This document shows positions 28,344 to 36,576 of a stretch of DNA of 62,052 nt, piece by piece. Numbering within the stretch: the stretch's first letter is position 1; each line of letters opens with the position of its first letter. This DNA is from Clostridium sp. CAG:217. GTDB taxonomy: Bacteria > Bacillota_I > Bacilli_A > Erysipelotrichales > Erysipelotrichaceae. The notes beneath the pieces were generated by a model that made no database searches, was not told the origin of the DNA, and was given only the letters and a program-made list of their open reading frames with translations. Where the stretch lies: assembly GCA_963623125.1 (NCBI GenBank), contig CAVFKJ010000046.1, positions 41,253-103,304 of the forward strand, given 5' to 3'. A program made the position numbers and the translations under genes.

Positions 28344-30319
28344 TGAATAGGGACGAGAGAGAAAAACTTTTAGATGAAGTTTTAAATAGACGTAGAAATG
28401 TTAATGTGCAGGATTCTTTAAAGATTATTAATGAGACTGAGGCACAATTAAATAAGCTAATGAATGAGAATAAGAAGGGTATTGATGACCTTCTTAAAGA
28501 TAATAATACTTATAGTGATGATTATTTGGCTGGTGTTAAAAGCCAAATGGAAAAGGATTTTGATACTAAGATAGAAGTACCTGATACTGTTGTAGTAGGT
28601 AAGGGCTCTAAAGAAGTTTTTGATAAGATTGAAGCTGATTTAAAGGGTAAGATAATCGGTCAAGATGATGCTTGTGAAAAACTTACAATGGCTTTTAGAA
28701 GACCTTATGTAGTAGGTAGTAATCCTAAGCTTATTAAAAATTCTATTGTTGTCTATGGTTCTAATGGTACTGGACGCCATCTTTTAGTTTCTAGTATTGG
28801 GGAACTTTTACACAAGTATGGTTTAACTACGTCGTGTGAAGTAGCTACTTTGGATATGAAAAGATATCAATCTAGTAGCCAAGAGATATTGTTTTTACAA
28901 GACTTGTATGTTGCCTTAAGTGGAAGAAATCCAATTATTTTAGTAGAAAACTTTAAAGAGAGTTCACCTGTTTTTAATATGATGTTAAGTGAGCTTGTAT
29001 TAAATGGTAAGGTTGTTTTAAATCAAAGATACACTTTTGTGAACAATCAACTTCAAGAAGCTACTAGCAAGCTTAGTAAGGATGTTATTGACCACTTAGA
29101 TGGTAATGGCAAGATTTTGGTTTTCCTTACAAGCGATAGTCCAAGTAAGTTAATGGATGTCTTTGGTAAGTCTTTTGTAGATAAGGTTGAGGATAAAATT
29201 GAAACCGTTAAATTATCTGATGAGGCTGTTGGTAAGATTATTGATAATTTGCTTAATGATTTAGAAAAAAGAAGTGAAACCCAATTCGAACTTGATTTAG
29301 TTATTGATAAGAGTATTAAAGATTATTTGTTAAGCAAGTACGAGCCAAATGATGGAGTTGATTCTTTAACTCCTATAATTGATCGTATTTATACTAATTT
29401 AGTTAATATTACTTTAGCTAATAATGATATTGATGTTTTAACTATTAAATATGATGATACTATCAAGGCCATCTTTAATGAAAAGACTTTTGATTTAGAG
29501 ATTAGTGATGATTCTTCTAAAGAGCGAGAAGAGATTCAAAAGGAACTTGATGAAATAGTAGGACTTAAGAGTGTTAAGGATTACTTATTGTCTTTAGAAA
29601 ATCATATTAAGATTACACAAATTAGAAAACAAAAGGGTCTTAAGACTTCAGAAGTAAGCAAGCATATGATTTTTACGGGTAATCCTGGTACTGGTAAGAC
29701 AACTATTGCCCGTATTGTTTCGCGTATGATGAAGGCTTGTGGCATTTTAAAACAAGGCCAATTAGTTGAAGTAACACGTGCTGATTTAGTTGGTAAATAT
29801 GTTGGCCATACGGCTCCTTTAACCATGGATGTGATTAATAGTGCTTTGGGTGGTGTCTTATTTATTGATGAGGCTTATTCATTATATAGAGGTAAAGATG
29901 ATTCTTTTGGACTAGAAGCAATTGATACTTTAGTAAAAGGTATGGAAGATCATCGTGATGATTTAATCGTTATATTAGCTGGCTATTCTAAGGAAATGGA
30001 AGAGTTTTTGACGGCTAATAGTGGTTTAAAGAGCAGATTTGCCAATATTATTCATTTTGATGATTATAGTGGTGAGGAAATGACTTTAATTTCTAAAAGC
30101 ATCGCCAAGTCTAAGGGTTATGTAATAAGTGATGAGGCTATTAAGCCTTTAACTGATTACTATACAATTATTCAGGGCAAGGATGATCCAAATAGCGGCA
30201 ATGGTCGACTTGCTAGAAACAAGGTTGAGGAAGCCATCTTAAAACAAGCTAATAGATTATTGGATAATCCTGATGATGATATCAGTGAACTTAAGCTTGA
30301 GGATTTTAATTTAGCGTAG
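28343..30319 (+). CDS. Two-module AAA+ protein: degenerate ClpB-D2-like module plus SpoVK/CbbX-type AAA+ module
   Basis: N-terminal half: GQDDACEKLTMAFRR...VVYGSNGTGRHLL...IILVENF, where the Walker A Lys and Walker B Asp-Glu are not conserved. C-terminal half: canonical FTGNPGTGKTTIARIV, LFIDEAYSL and VILAGY. Confidence 0.7.
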   Translation: MNRDEREKLLDEVLNRRRNVNVQDSLKIINETEAQLNKLMNENKKGIDDLLKDNNTYSDDYLAGVKSQMEKDFDTKIEVPDTVVVGKGSKEVFDKIEADLKGKIIGQDDACEKLTMAFRRPYVVGSNPKLIKNSIVVYGSNGTGRHLLVSSIGELLHKYGLTTSCEVATLDMKRYQSSSQEILFLQDLYVALSGRNPIILVENFKESSPVFNMMLSELVLNGKVVLNQRYTFVNNQLQEATSKLSKDVIDHLDGNGKILVFLTSDSPSKLMDVFGKSFVDKVEDKIETVKLSDEAVGKIIDNLLNDLEKRSETQFELDLVIDKSIKDYLLSKYEPNDGVDSLTPIIDRIYTNLVNITLANNDIDVLTIKYDDTIKAIFNEKTFDLEISDDSSKEREEIQKELDEIVGLKSVKDYLLSLENHIKITQIRKQKGLKTSEVSKHMIFTGNPGTGKTTIARIVSRMMKACGILKQGQLVEVTRADLVGKYVGHTAPLTMDVINSALGGVLFIDEAYSLYRGKDDSFGLEAIDTLVKGMEDHRDDLIVILAGYSKEMEEFLTANSGLKSRFANIIHFDDYSGEEMTLISKSIAKSKGYVISDEAIKPLTDYYTIIQGKDDPNSGNGRLARNKVEEAILKQANRLLDNPDDDISELKLEDFNLA

Positions 30320-30339
30320 CGATCAAATGATCGCTTTTT
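30318..30339 (+). terminator. Rho-independent terminator
   Basis: agcgatc-aaat-gatcgct hairpin followed by TTTTT. Confidence 0.7.
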
Positions 30340-30344
30340 AAATG

Positions 30345-30389
30345 GTAGACTTTGAAAGTAGACTTTAAGTAGACTTTATAGTATACTTT
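30345..30389 (+). repeat. Four GTAGACTTT-type iterons immediately upstream of the AlbA_2 gene
   Basis: gtagacttt at 30345, 30358 and 30369, and gtatacttt at 30381, giving spacings of 13/11/12 bp. The first 34 bp are repeated exactly at 31714-31747. Confidence 0.85.
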
Positions 30390-30412
30390 AAGTGGTTAAA
30401 GTAGGTGATAAT

Positions 30413-31717
30413 ATGTTAAATCTTGGAATGGAAAATGAAAATCAAGAGTTTAAAGAGGGTTTGGGTCAACTAGATAAGGGGCTTAAGTCGATTACGGCAA
30501 TGCTTAATAAAAGTGGCAGTGGAACAGTTTATTTTGGTGTAAATGATGATGGTGATATCTGTGGACTTTCTATTGGCAAGAATACTTTGATGGACATTCG
30601 CAATAGAATCAGAGATAAGATTGAGCCTAGAATTTATGCTGATATCGAAGAATTAAGAGATGATGATAAAAAGTATATAAAGGTTTCGGCAACCGGTTTT
30701 GATGCACCTTATTCTTTTGATGGAAGATATTATATTCGCAATGTTTCTTCGGATGAACAAGCCTCTAACGATGTTTTAAGAAAAATGTTGGCTTCTTCTG
30801 ATAGCGATATTATTCGTCAAAAAACTTCGCCTAAGCAGAATTTATCCTTTAAAGCCTTTTTTGCGATATTAGCTGGAAGTGGCATCCATCCTAAGGCTAA
30901 TAAGGAATTTTATAATAACTATGGTTTGTTAAATAGAGATGGTAAATTTAATATAAATGCCTATTTATTGTCTGATGAAAATGAGGTTTCCATTAAAGTT
31001 GTTACTTTTGATGGTTTAGATAAAACCGTCATGTCAAGAAGAACGGAATATGGTGGAAAGTGTTTATTGGTTTCAATATCGGAGGTTATGAGTTATTTTG
31101 AATCAATTAATACAACTAATGTTGATTTAAATAGCAGTTTAAGAAAAGAAGAATATTTATTTGATTTTTCTAGTTTTAGAGAAGCGTGGATTAATGCTTG
31201 TTTACATAATGATTGGAATAACGCTATTCCGCCTTCAATACACTTATTTGATGATCGTATTGAGATTATTTCTTATGGTGGTTTACCATTTGCTTTGTCA
31301 AAAGAAGGTTTCTTTAATGGCACAAGTATGCCTATTAATAAAAGCCTTCTTACTATCTTTATTGCAGCGCATTTCGCTGAACAAAGTGGACATGGTGTTC
31401 CAACGATTGTTGAAAAATATGGTCGTGATGTCTTTTCTTTTGATGATGGAATGTTAAAGGTTACTTTGCCTTTAGCCTTTGATAGACCGGAAATTATTGC
31501 GCGTAAGAAGCTTGCTTTGCAAAAAAAGGGACTAAATGAAAATCAAAAGAAAGTTTATGATGCCTTAGCAAATGATGGCAAGGCTTCACTTGAGGATGTT
31601 TCAAAAATCGTTGGTCTAAGTCTTGGTGGTGTCAAAAAGATTTGTGCTAAACTTCAAGATTATCATTTACTTGAAAGAAAAGGCTCTAAGCGTGATGGCA
31701 TTTGGATTGTAATGTAG
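30413..31717 (+). CDS. AlbA_2 (Schlafen-like) + HATPase_c_4 + C-terminal winged-helix protein
   Basis: ENQEFKEG...GTVYFGVNDDGDICG matches AlbA_2. FREAWINACLHNDW...DDRIEIISYGGLP matches HATPase_c_4. NQKKVYDALANDGKASLEDVSKIVGLSLGGVKKICAKL is wHTH-like. The ATG at 30413 follows AGGTGA; the track start is an upstream GTG. Confidence 0.7.
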   Translation: MLNLGMENENQEFKEGLGQLDKGLKSITAMLNKSGSGTVYFGVNDDGDICGLSIGKNTLMDIRNRIRDKIEPRIYADIEELRDDDKKYIKVSATGFDAPYSFDGRYYIRNVSSDEQASNDVLRKMLASSDSDIIRQKTSPKQNLSFKAFFAILAGSGIHPKANKEFYNNYGLLNRDGKFNINAYLLSDENEVSIKVVTFDGLDKTVMSRRTEYGGKCLLVSISEVMSYFESINTTNVDLNSSLRKEEYLFDFSSFREAWINACLHNDWNNAIPPSIHLFDDRIEIISYGGLPFALSKEGFFNGTSMPINKSLLTIFIAAHFAEQSGHGVPTIVEKYGRDVFSFDDGMLKVTLPLAFDRPEIIARKKLALQKKGLNENQKKVYDALANDGKASLEDVSKIVGLSLGGVKKICAKLQDYHLLERKGSKRDGIWIVM

Positions 31718-31747
31718 ACTTTGAAAGTAGACTTTAAGTAGACTTTA
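31714..31747 (+). repeat. Exact 34-bp copy of the upstream iteron block, overlapping the stop codon
   Basis: gtagactttgaaagtagactttaagtagacttta is identical to 30345-30378. Confidence 0.9.
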
Positions 31748-31750
31748 AAA

Positions 31751-31777
31751 AAAGATGAGTTTTTTATGCTCATCTTT
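31751..31777. terminator. Bidirectional terminator between convergent genes
   Basis: aaagatgag/ctcatcttt stem with A/T-rich flanks. Confidence 0.6.
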
Positions 31778-32705
31778 ATTGTTTTTTAACCGCTGTTGCA
31801 TTATAGCTTAAAGGTAAGAAAATAAATCCTTGATTTGATAGTTCATCTATCATTTCCCCAAGGCAAGCGGCTGTATTAGCGCTATAGTCATGCATAAGGA
31901 CAATTAGCGTATTGAACTTACTGGAATAGTCGATGACGTTATGCAAGAATTCATCGGGTTCTAATACTGAATCACCATCACCAGTAGTAAGCGTCCAATC
32001 AACATAGCCATAGTGCATATCAACTAGTTCTTGTACAATCTTACTTTTATCAAGTCCTGAATAAGTAGCTTGTGGCGAGCCACCAGGGAAGCGCATTACT
32101 TCAGTAGTATAGCCTAGTAGGTTTTGAATAAATTCTCTATTTTCTTTTATATCATTAATAAAGTTTTCTTCGCTTGAATAAGTATAACCAGATATGGCAT
32201 GACTGGCTGTATGATTTCCTAGTGTATGACAACTATACATTTCTCTAAAGTATAAATCATCTACTCCTTCTTTTTCTAATAGGAAGAAGGTTGCTAAGAC
32301 ATCTTTTTCATCCAATATATCTAAGAAAGTTGGTGTGGTCTTGCGATATGGTCCATCATCAAAAGTTAGATAACATACTTTAAAGTCGGCTTCACCACTT
32401 TTAGCTAAGCTTTCAGCTTCAACGGCATATTTAAAGTATTCTTCTTTTACAGCGTTAATTGATTCATCAATGTTGTTGATGGAATCTAGCTTTTCTTGTA
32501 AAGTAGCTACTTCACTATTTTTGTTTTCAATTTGATTATCTAAGGAAGCGATTCTATCTTGCAAAGCTTGATTGTTATTTTTTAAAGTATTTGTATCTTT
32601 ATAGAACTTATAGGCAACAAGGGTAACAATAATGCATAATACTGCAAGAATACAAATACCTAATAGCCAAGTAGTGCTTTTAGCTTGTCTTTGTGTCTTA
32701 TCCAT
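31776..32705 (-). CDS. Membrane-anchored polysaccharide deacetylase (NodB homology domain) with coiled-coil linker
   Basis: N-terminal TM, then a coiled coil (NNNQALQDRIASLDNQIENKN...), then NodB motifs LTFDDGP and GNHTASH. AAGGAG RBS. Confidence 0.85.
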   Translation of the reverse strand: MDKTQRQAKSTTWLLGICILAVLCIIVTLVAYKFYKDTNTLKNNNQALQDRIASLDNQIENKNSEVATLQEKLDSINNIDESINAVKEEYFKYAVEAESLAKSGEADFKVCYLTFDDGPYRKTTPTFLDILDEKDVLATFFLLEKEGVDDLYFREMYSCHTLGNHTASHAISGYTYSSEENFINDIKENREFIQNLLGYTTEVMRFPGGSPQATYSGLDKSKIVQELVDMHYGYVDWTLTTGDGDSVLEPDEFLHNVIDYSSKFNTLIVLMHDYSANTAACLGEMIDELSNQGFIFLPLSYNATAVKKQ

Positions 32706-32938
32706 TTTTCATACTCCTTGACTTTATCTTCATTATTTTTAGAACTCTCTTCTATTTGTGTATTAATATCACTAACTTTAGTTTCACTATTACTTAATTC
32801 TAGTTCTAGACTATTTACTTGACTATTTAAGGAAGCATTAGTTTCTTTAATATTTTTATAATTATAGCCAATGTAGCCAGTAGCACTTACTAGTAATATT
32901 AATAGAATTATTTCAAATATAATAAATCCTTTTTTCAT
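32660..32938 (-). CDS. Small membrane-anchored coiled-coil protein
   Basis: N-terminal TM (IIFEIILLILLVSATGYIGY) plus a coiled coil resembling the linker of the downstream deacetylase. GAGGT RBS. The 3' end overlaps the next gene by 46 nt. Confidence 0.5.
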   Translation of the reverse strand: MKKGFIIFEIILLILLVSATGYIGYNYKNIKETNASLNSQVNSLELELSNSETKVSDINTQIEESSKNNEDKVKEYEKWIRHKDKLKALLGY

Positions 32939-33021
32939 ATTTAACCTCTACTACTTAGTTTAGCATTTTTACTAATTATTAAAGCTCTTTTATTCTATAA
33001 TTAAAGTTAATAGTAATAGTA

Positions 33022-35994
33022 ATGCCTAATTTTCAAGATTTTTATCAAAATACTCTTTCAAAAAATAAAAGAAGAGACATCATTATCATACTTGTATGTT
33101 TACAAGTAGTTTTGGCTTTCTCTTATTTTGGTTATATTATGGTTGAGCCTATTTCAATCACAACCTTACATATCTTAGTTATAGTGGCAGCTATGTTATT
33201 TGGCTATAAGGGTGCTATTCCAGTTTCTATAGTATTTGCCCTAACTTCTATTTGGAAGGCTTCAGTTTCAGCTTTTCAATACCAAGATATTATTTTTTCA
33301 CCTTTTAGAAGTGGTGATCCTTTTTCTTCAATCTTATTAATTATTCCTAAGATTTTGTTTGCATTATTTGCCTCATGGTTATTTTCTTTATATTTTAAAA
33401 GAAATCCTAAAAAGCCTATTATTGGTATTTTCTTTATATCTATCATATCTACTTTATTTCATGCCCTAACTTTAGCCTTATTTATTAAGATGTTATTTTA
33501 TGATGTAGAATATGGTGTTTCAAGTAATATCTTAGAATTTATTATTGTTTATTTATTAACAGGAATAGTAGTTTATTTAAATTACTTATTCTTTAATAGT
33601 GATACTATTAGAAATACTTTTAAGACTATTGATAACTATAAGACTAATGTTAAATGGTATTATCAAGTTATTTGTGGTGGCTTCTTTTTATTTCTAATCG
33701 CATCAATTATTTTTCATTTCTTAAGTCGATTATTTAATTATCATAGTGTTTCTATTGACCCTCTTAGTTATTTAATTTATGAAGAAGAGGGTGAATTAAT
33801 ACTACAGTTTATTTTTGCGTTTATTGCGGTAGCTGTTATCTTTTTCATTATTATTTCCTGGGCCAACGAATATTATCTTCATTCAGCTATAACAGTAAGG
33901 GAGAAGGAAAAGGAATTAGAGTTTGAAAGAGAGCTCAATGATAGTCTTAAGGATGATCATGAGAAATTATTGACTTCTAATAATAAGCTTGAAGAGGCTA
34001 TGAATGAGCTTAAAATTAATTATGAGATTATTTCGGCTATTTCTACTTTATATACGATTATTTTCCGTATTGATTTAGTTAGTATGGAGTATGAACAAAT
34101 CAAGGGCTACGATGCACTTACTTCAGTTATTGGTAAACAAGGTGTGGCTGATTATCATTTTGGGGAGCATTTTAAGAATTTTGTAAGTGAAGATTTTAAG
34201 GATAGCTTTATTAAGTTTCTTGATTTAAATACGGTTAATCAAAGGCTTAAGAATAACAATGTTATTTCTTTACAATATAAGTCTATTAATGATAAGTGGA
34301 AAGAGATGTCTTTTATTGTTAAGGTTAGAAATGATTTGGGTGATGTTACTAATGTATTATTATTAGTTAATGATATTGATAAACAAAAGCGTCTTGAGCT
34401 TGATTATTATATGGCTATAGAAGCTTTATCAAGGGATTATTCAGCTGTTTATATTTGTGATTTACTAAAGGATACAATTACACCTTTTTCGGCTAAGAAG
34501 GGTTCTTTCTCTTATGATTTACAACATAATAAGAATATCGATTGTTATAAGAGTTTTACTACTTGGGTTAAATTTGATTATGAGCATTTTGTGATTCATG
34601 ATAGCATTCCTGATTATTTTAATAAGATGGATAGAAACAATCTAATGGACTCTCTTAAAAGGGATGGGATGTTTGTCATAAGATATGATACAATTACTAG
34701 CCCTATTGGTTTATCAAAGTTTGAGACTCGTTTTATTAAGATTAGTGAGAGTAAGGATAGTTTTAAGGCGATTATTGCTTATCGTTTTATTGATGATGTC
34801 ATAAAGAAGGAACAAGAGCGTAATAGAGAGCTCAAGCAAATCAATGAAGAGCTTAAGAAACAAAAACATGAGGCTGATTTAGCTAATAGTGCTAAGGCTA
34901 ATTTCTTAAGGAGAATGTCTCATGATATTAGAACGCCTATTAATGGTATTAGGGGTATTACTGAGATTGCAAGTCATTTTCCTAATGATTTAGAAAAACA
35001 AAATGAATATCGTCAAAAGGTTTTAACTTCTTCTGATTATCTATTGGCTTTAGTTAACAATATCTTGGATATGTCTAAGCTTGAATCTGGTGAGGTAAAA
35101 CTAGTTAATACACCATTTAATTTAGATGATACTTTAAATCAATGCGTTGAGGTAGCTAAGATGTATGGTGCGGAAAGTTGTATTAATATTCATACTGATT
35201 TTGATGACATTAAGCATGTTCATTTAATTGGTTCTAGTGTACATTTTAGACAAGTATTAAATAATATTGTTTCTAATGCGATTAAATATAATCGTCAAAA
35301 TGGCGATATCTATTTGTCTTGTAAAGAAGATAGTTTTGAGGATGATACAGCCTATTTTACAATTACTTGTAAAGATACGGGACTTGGCATGTCTAAAGAG
35401 TTTCAGGAGCATCTTTTTGAGCCTTTCTCTCAAGAAGATGATGGTGCAAGAACTAATTATAAGGGATCAGGTCTTGGTATGAGTATTGCTAAGGAACTTT
35501 GTGAGCTTATGGGTGGTAGTTTATCTTTTGAGAGTGAACTTAATAAGGGTAGTACTTTTGTGATTAAGATTCCTTTTAAGATTGATGAAAAACAGAATGT
35601 TTCTTTAGTTAAAGAAGATAATGATAATTTAAATGGCATTAGAATTCTTTTGGTTGAGGATAATAAGCTTAATATGGAAATTGCTGAATTTATGCTTAAA
35701 GAAAAGGGTGCTATTTTAGATAAGGCATATGATGGATTAGAGGCTATAGAAAAATATGAAAAGGGTAAATATGATCTAATTTTAATGGATATTATGATGC
35801 CTAATATGGATGGTTATGAGGCTACAAAGAAAATAAGAGAAAAAGATAAAGATATTCCAATTATTGCGATGAGCGCTAATGCCTTCTTGGATGATATTGA
35901 AAAGAGTAAGAAGATGGGCATGAATGATCATGTGACTAAGCCTTTGGATATTAATAAGCTAGTTAAGAAGATTAATGAATTAATTGAAAACTAG
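33022..35994 (+). CDS. Hybrid sensor histidine kinase (multi-TM sensor, HisKA, HATPase_c, C-terminal receiver)
   Basis: About 8 N-terminal TM helices followed by a coiled coil. H-box FLRRMSHDIRTPINGI, N-box NAIKYN, G-boxes DTGLGM/GSGLGMSI, and receiver ILLVEDNKLN...DLILMDIMMPNMDG...KP. Confidence 0.9.
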   Translation: MPNFQDFYQNTLSKNKRRDIIIILVCLQVVLAFSYFGYIMVEPISITTLHILVIVAAMLFGYKGAIPVSIVFALTSIWKASVSAFQYQDIIFSPFRSGDPFSSILLIIPKILFALFASWLFSLYFKRNPKKPIIGIFFISIISTLFHALTLALFIKMLFYDVEYGVSSNILEFIIVYLLTGIVVYLNYLFFNSDTIRNTFKTIDNYKTNVKWYYQVICGGFFLFLIASIIFHFLSRLFNYHSVSIDPLSYLIYEEEGELILQFIFAFIAVAVIFFIIISWANEYYLHSAITVREKEKELEFERELNDSLKDDHEKLLTSNNKLEEAMNELKINYEIISAISTLYTIIFRIDLVSMEYEQIKGYDALTSVIGKQGVADYHFGEHFKNFVSEDFKDSFIKFLDLNTVNQRLKNNNVISLQYKSINDKWKEMSFIVKVRNDLGDVTNVLLLVNDIDKQKRLELDYYMAIEALSRDYSAVYICDLLKDTITPFSAKKGSFSYDLQHNKNIDCYKSFTTWVKFDYEHFVIHDSIPDYFNKMDRNNLMDSLKRDGMFVIRYDTITSPIGLSKFETRFIKISESKDSFKAIIAYRFIDDVIKKEQERNRELKQINEELKKQKHEADLANSAKANFLRRMSHDIRTPINGIRGITEIASHFPNDLEKQNEYRQKVLTSSDYLLALVNNILDMSKLESGEVKLVNTPFNLDDTLNQCVEVAKMYGAESCINIHTDFDDIKHVHLIGSSVHFRQVLNNIVSNAIKYNRQNGDIYLSCKEDSFEDDTAYFTITCKDTGLGMSKEFQEHLFEPFSQEDDGARTNYKGSGLGMSIAKELCELMGGSLSFESELNKGSTFVIKIPFKIDEKQNVSLVKEDNDNLNGIRILLVEDNKLNMEIAEFMLKEKGAILDKAYDGLEAIEKYEKGKYDLILMDIMMPNMDGYEATKKIREKDKDIPIIAMSANAFLDDIEKSKKMGMNDHVTKPLDINKLVKKINELIEN

Positions 35995-36066
35995 TCATTT
36001 TATAACCGAAATATAACCATGGATTACTACAATAATATTGTCTAAGGATTTATTAGTGGAGTTTTT

Positions 36067-36561
36067 ATGAAGAAATTATTGATTGTACTTAGTATTGCAT
36101 TCAGTTTACTTGTTTGTCCAATTAGTGCATTTTGTGAGGATACTACAACAATAACTGATGAGCAAACACCTACTGCTGCAGCTAAAAAAGCGAACAATTT
36201 AACGCTTATTTATTCTGTTTCAATTACAGGGGCTGTTGTTTTAGCGTATGTTTATTATTCTTGCAAGAAAAGTGGCAAACTAAGTTTACAAGTAAATGAA
36301 GTTAGCGAAAATGATGATGGCACGCTAACGGTTAACTTTGGTTATAACAACAAAACTAATAAAAATATTGATGTCGACTATAACAACCTTAATGTTACAA
36401 GTGGTACGGCTATTATTCTAAAAAGTGATAGTTCTAAGAAGATGATGCCTGGCAAACACGAGGATGTTCTTACAGCAGTTATTGAACCGAATACAAGTTT
36501 AAACTGGTGTGTTAATGATTTAAGTATTGGTGTCGAAGGTAAAAAGGTAATAAGACACTAG
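36067..36561 (+). CDS. Small bitopic membrane protein immediately upstream of the SRR adhesin
   Basis: Signal peptide, then the short segment ITDEQTPTAAA, then a TM helix (LTLIYSVSITGAVVLAYVYY), then a ~95-aa beta-rich domain. Confidence 0.55.
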   Translation: MKKLLIVLSIAFSLLVCPISAFCEDTTTITDEQTPTAAAKKANNLTLIYSVSITGAVVLAYVYYSCKKSGKLSLQVNEVSENDDGTLTVNFGYNNKTNKNIDVDYNNLNVTSGTAIILKSDSSKKMMPGKHEDVLTAVIEPNTSLNWCVNDLSIGVEGKKVIRH

Positions 36562-36576
36562 AAGGAGAGACTATCC

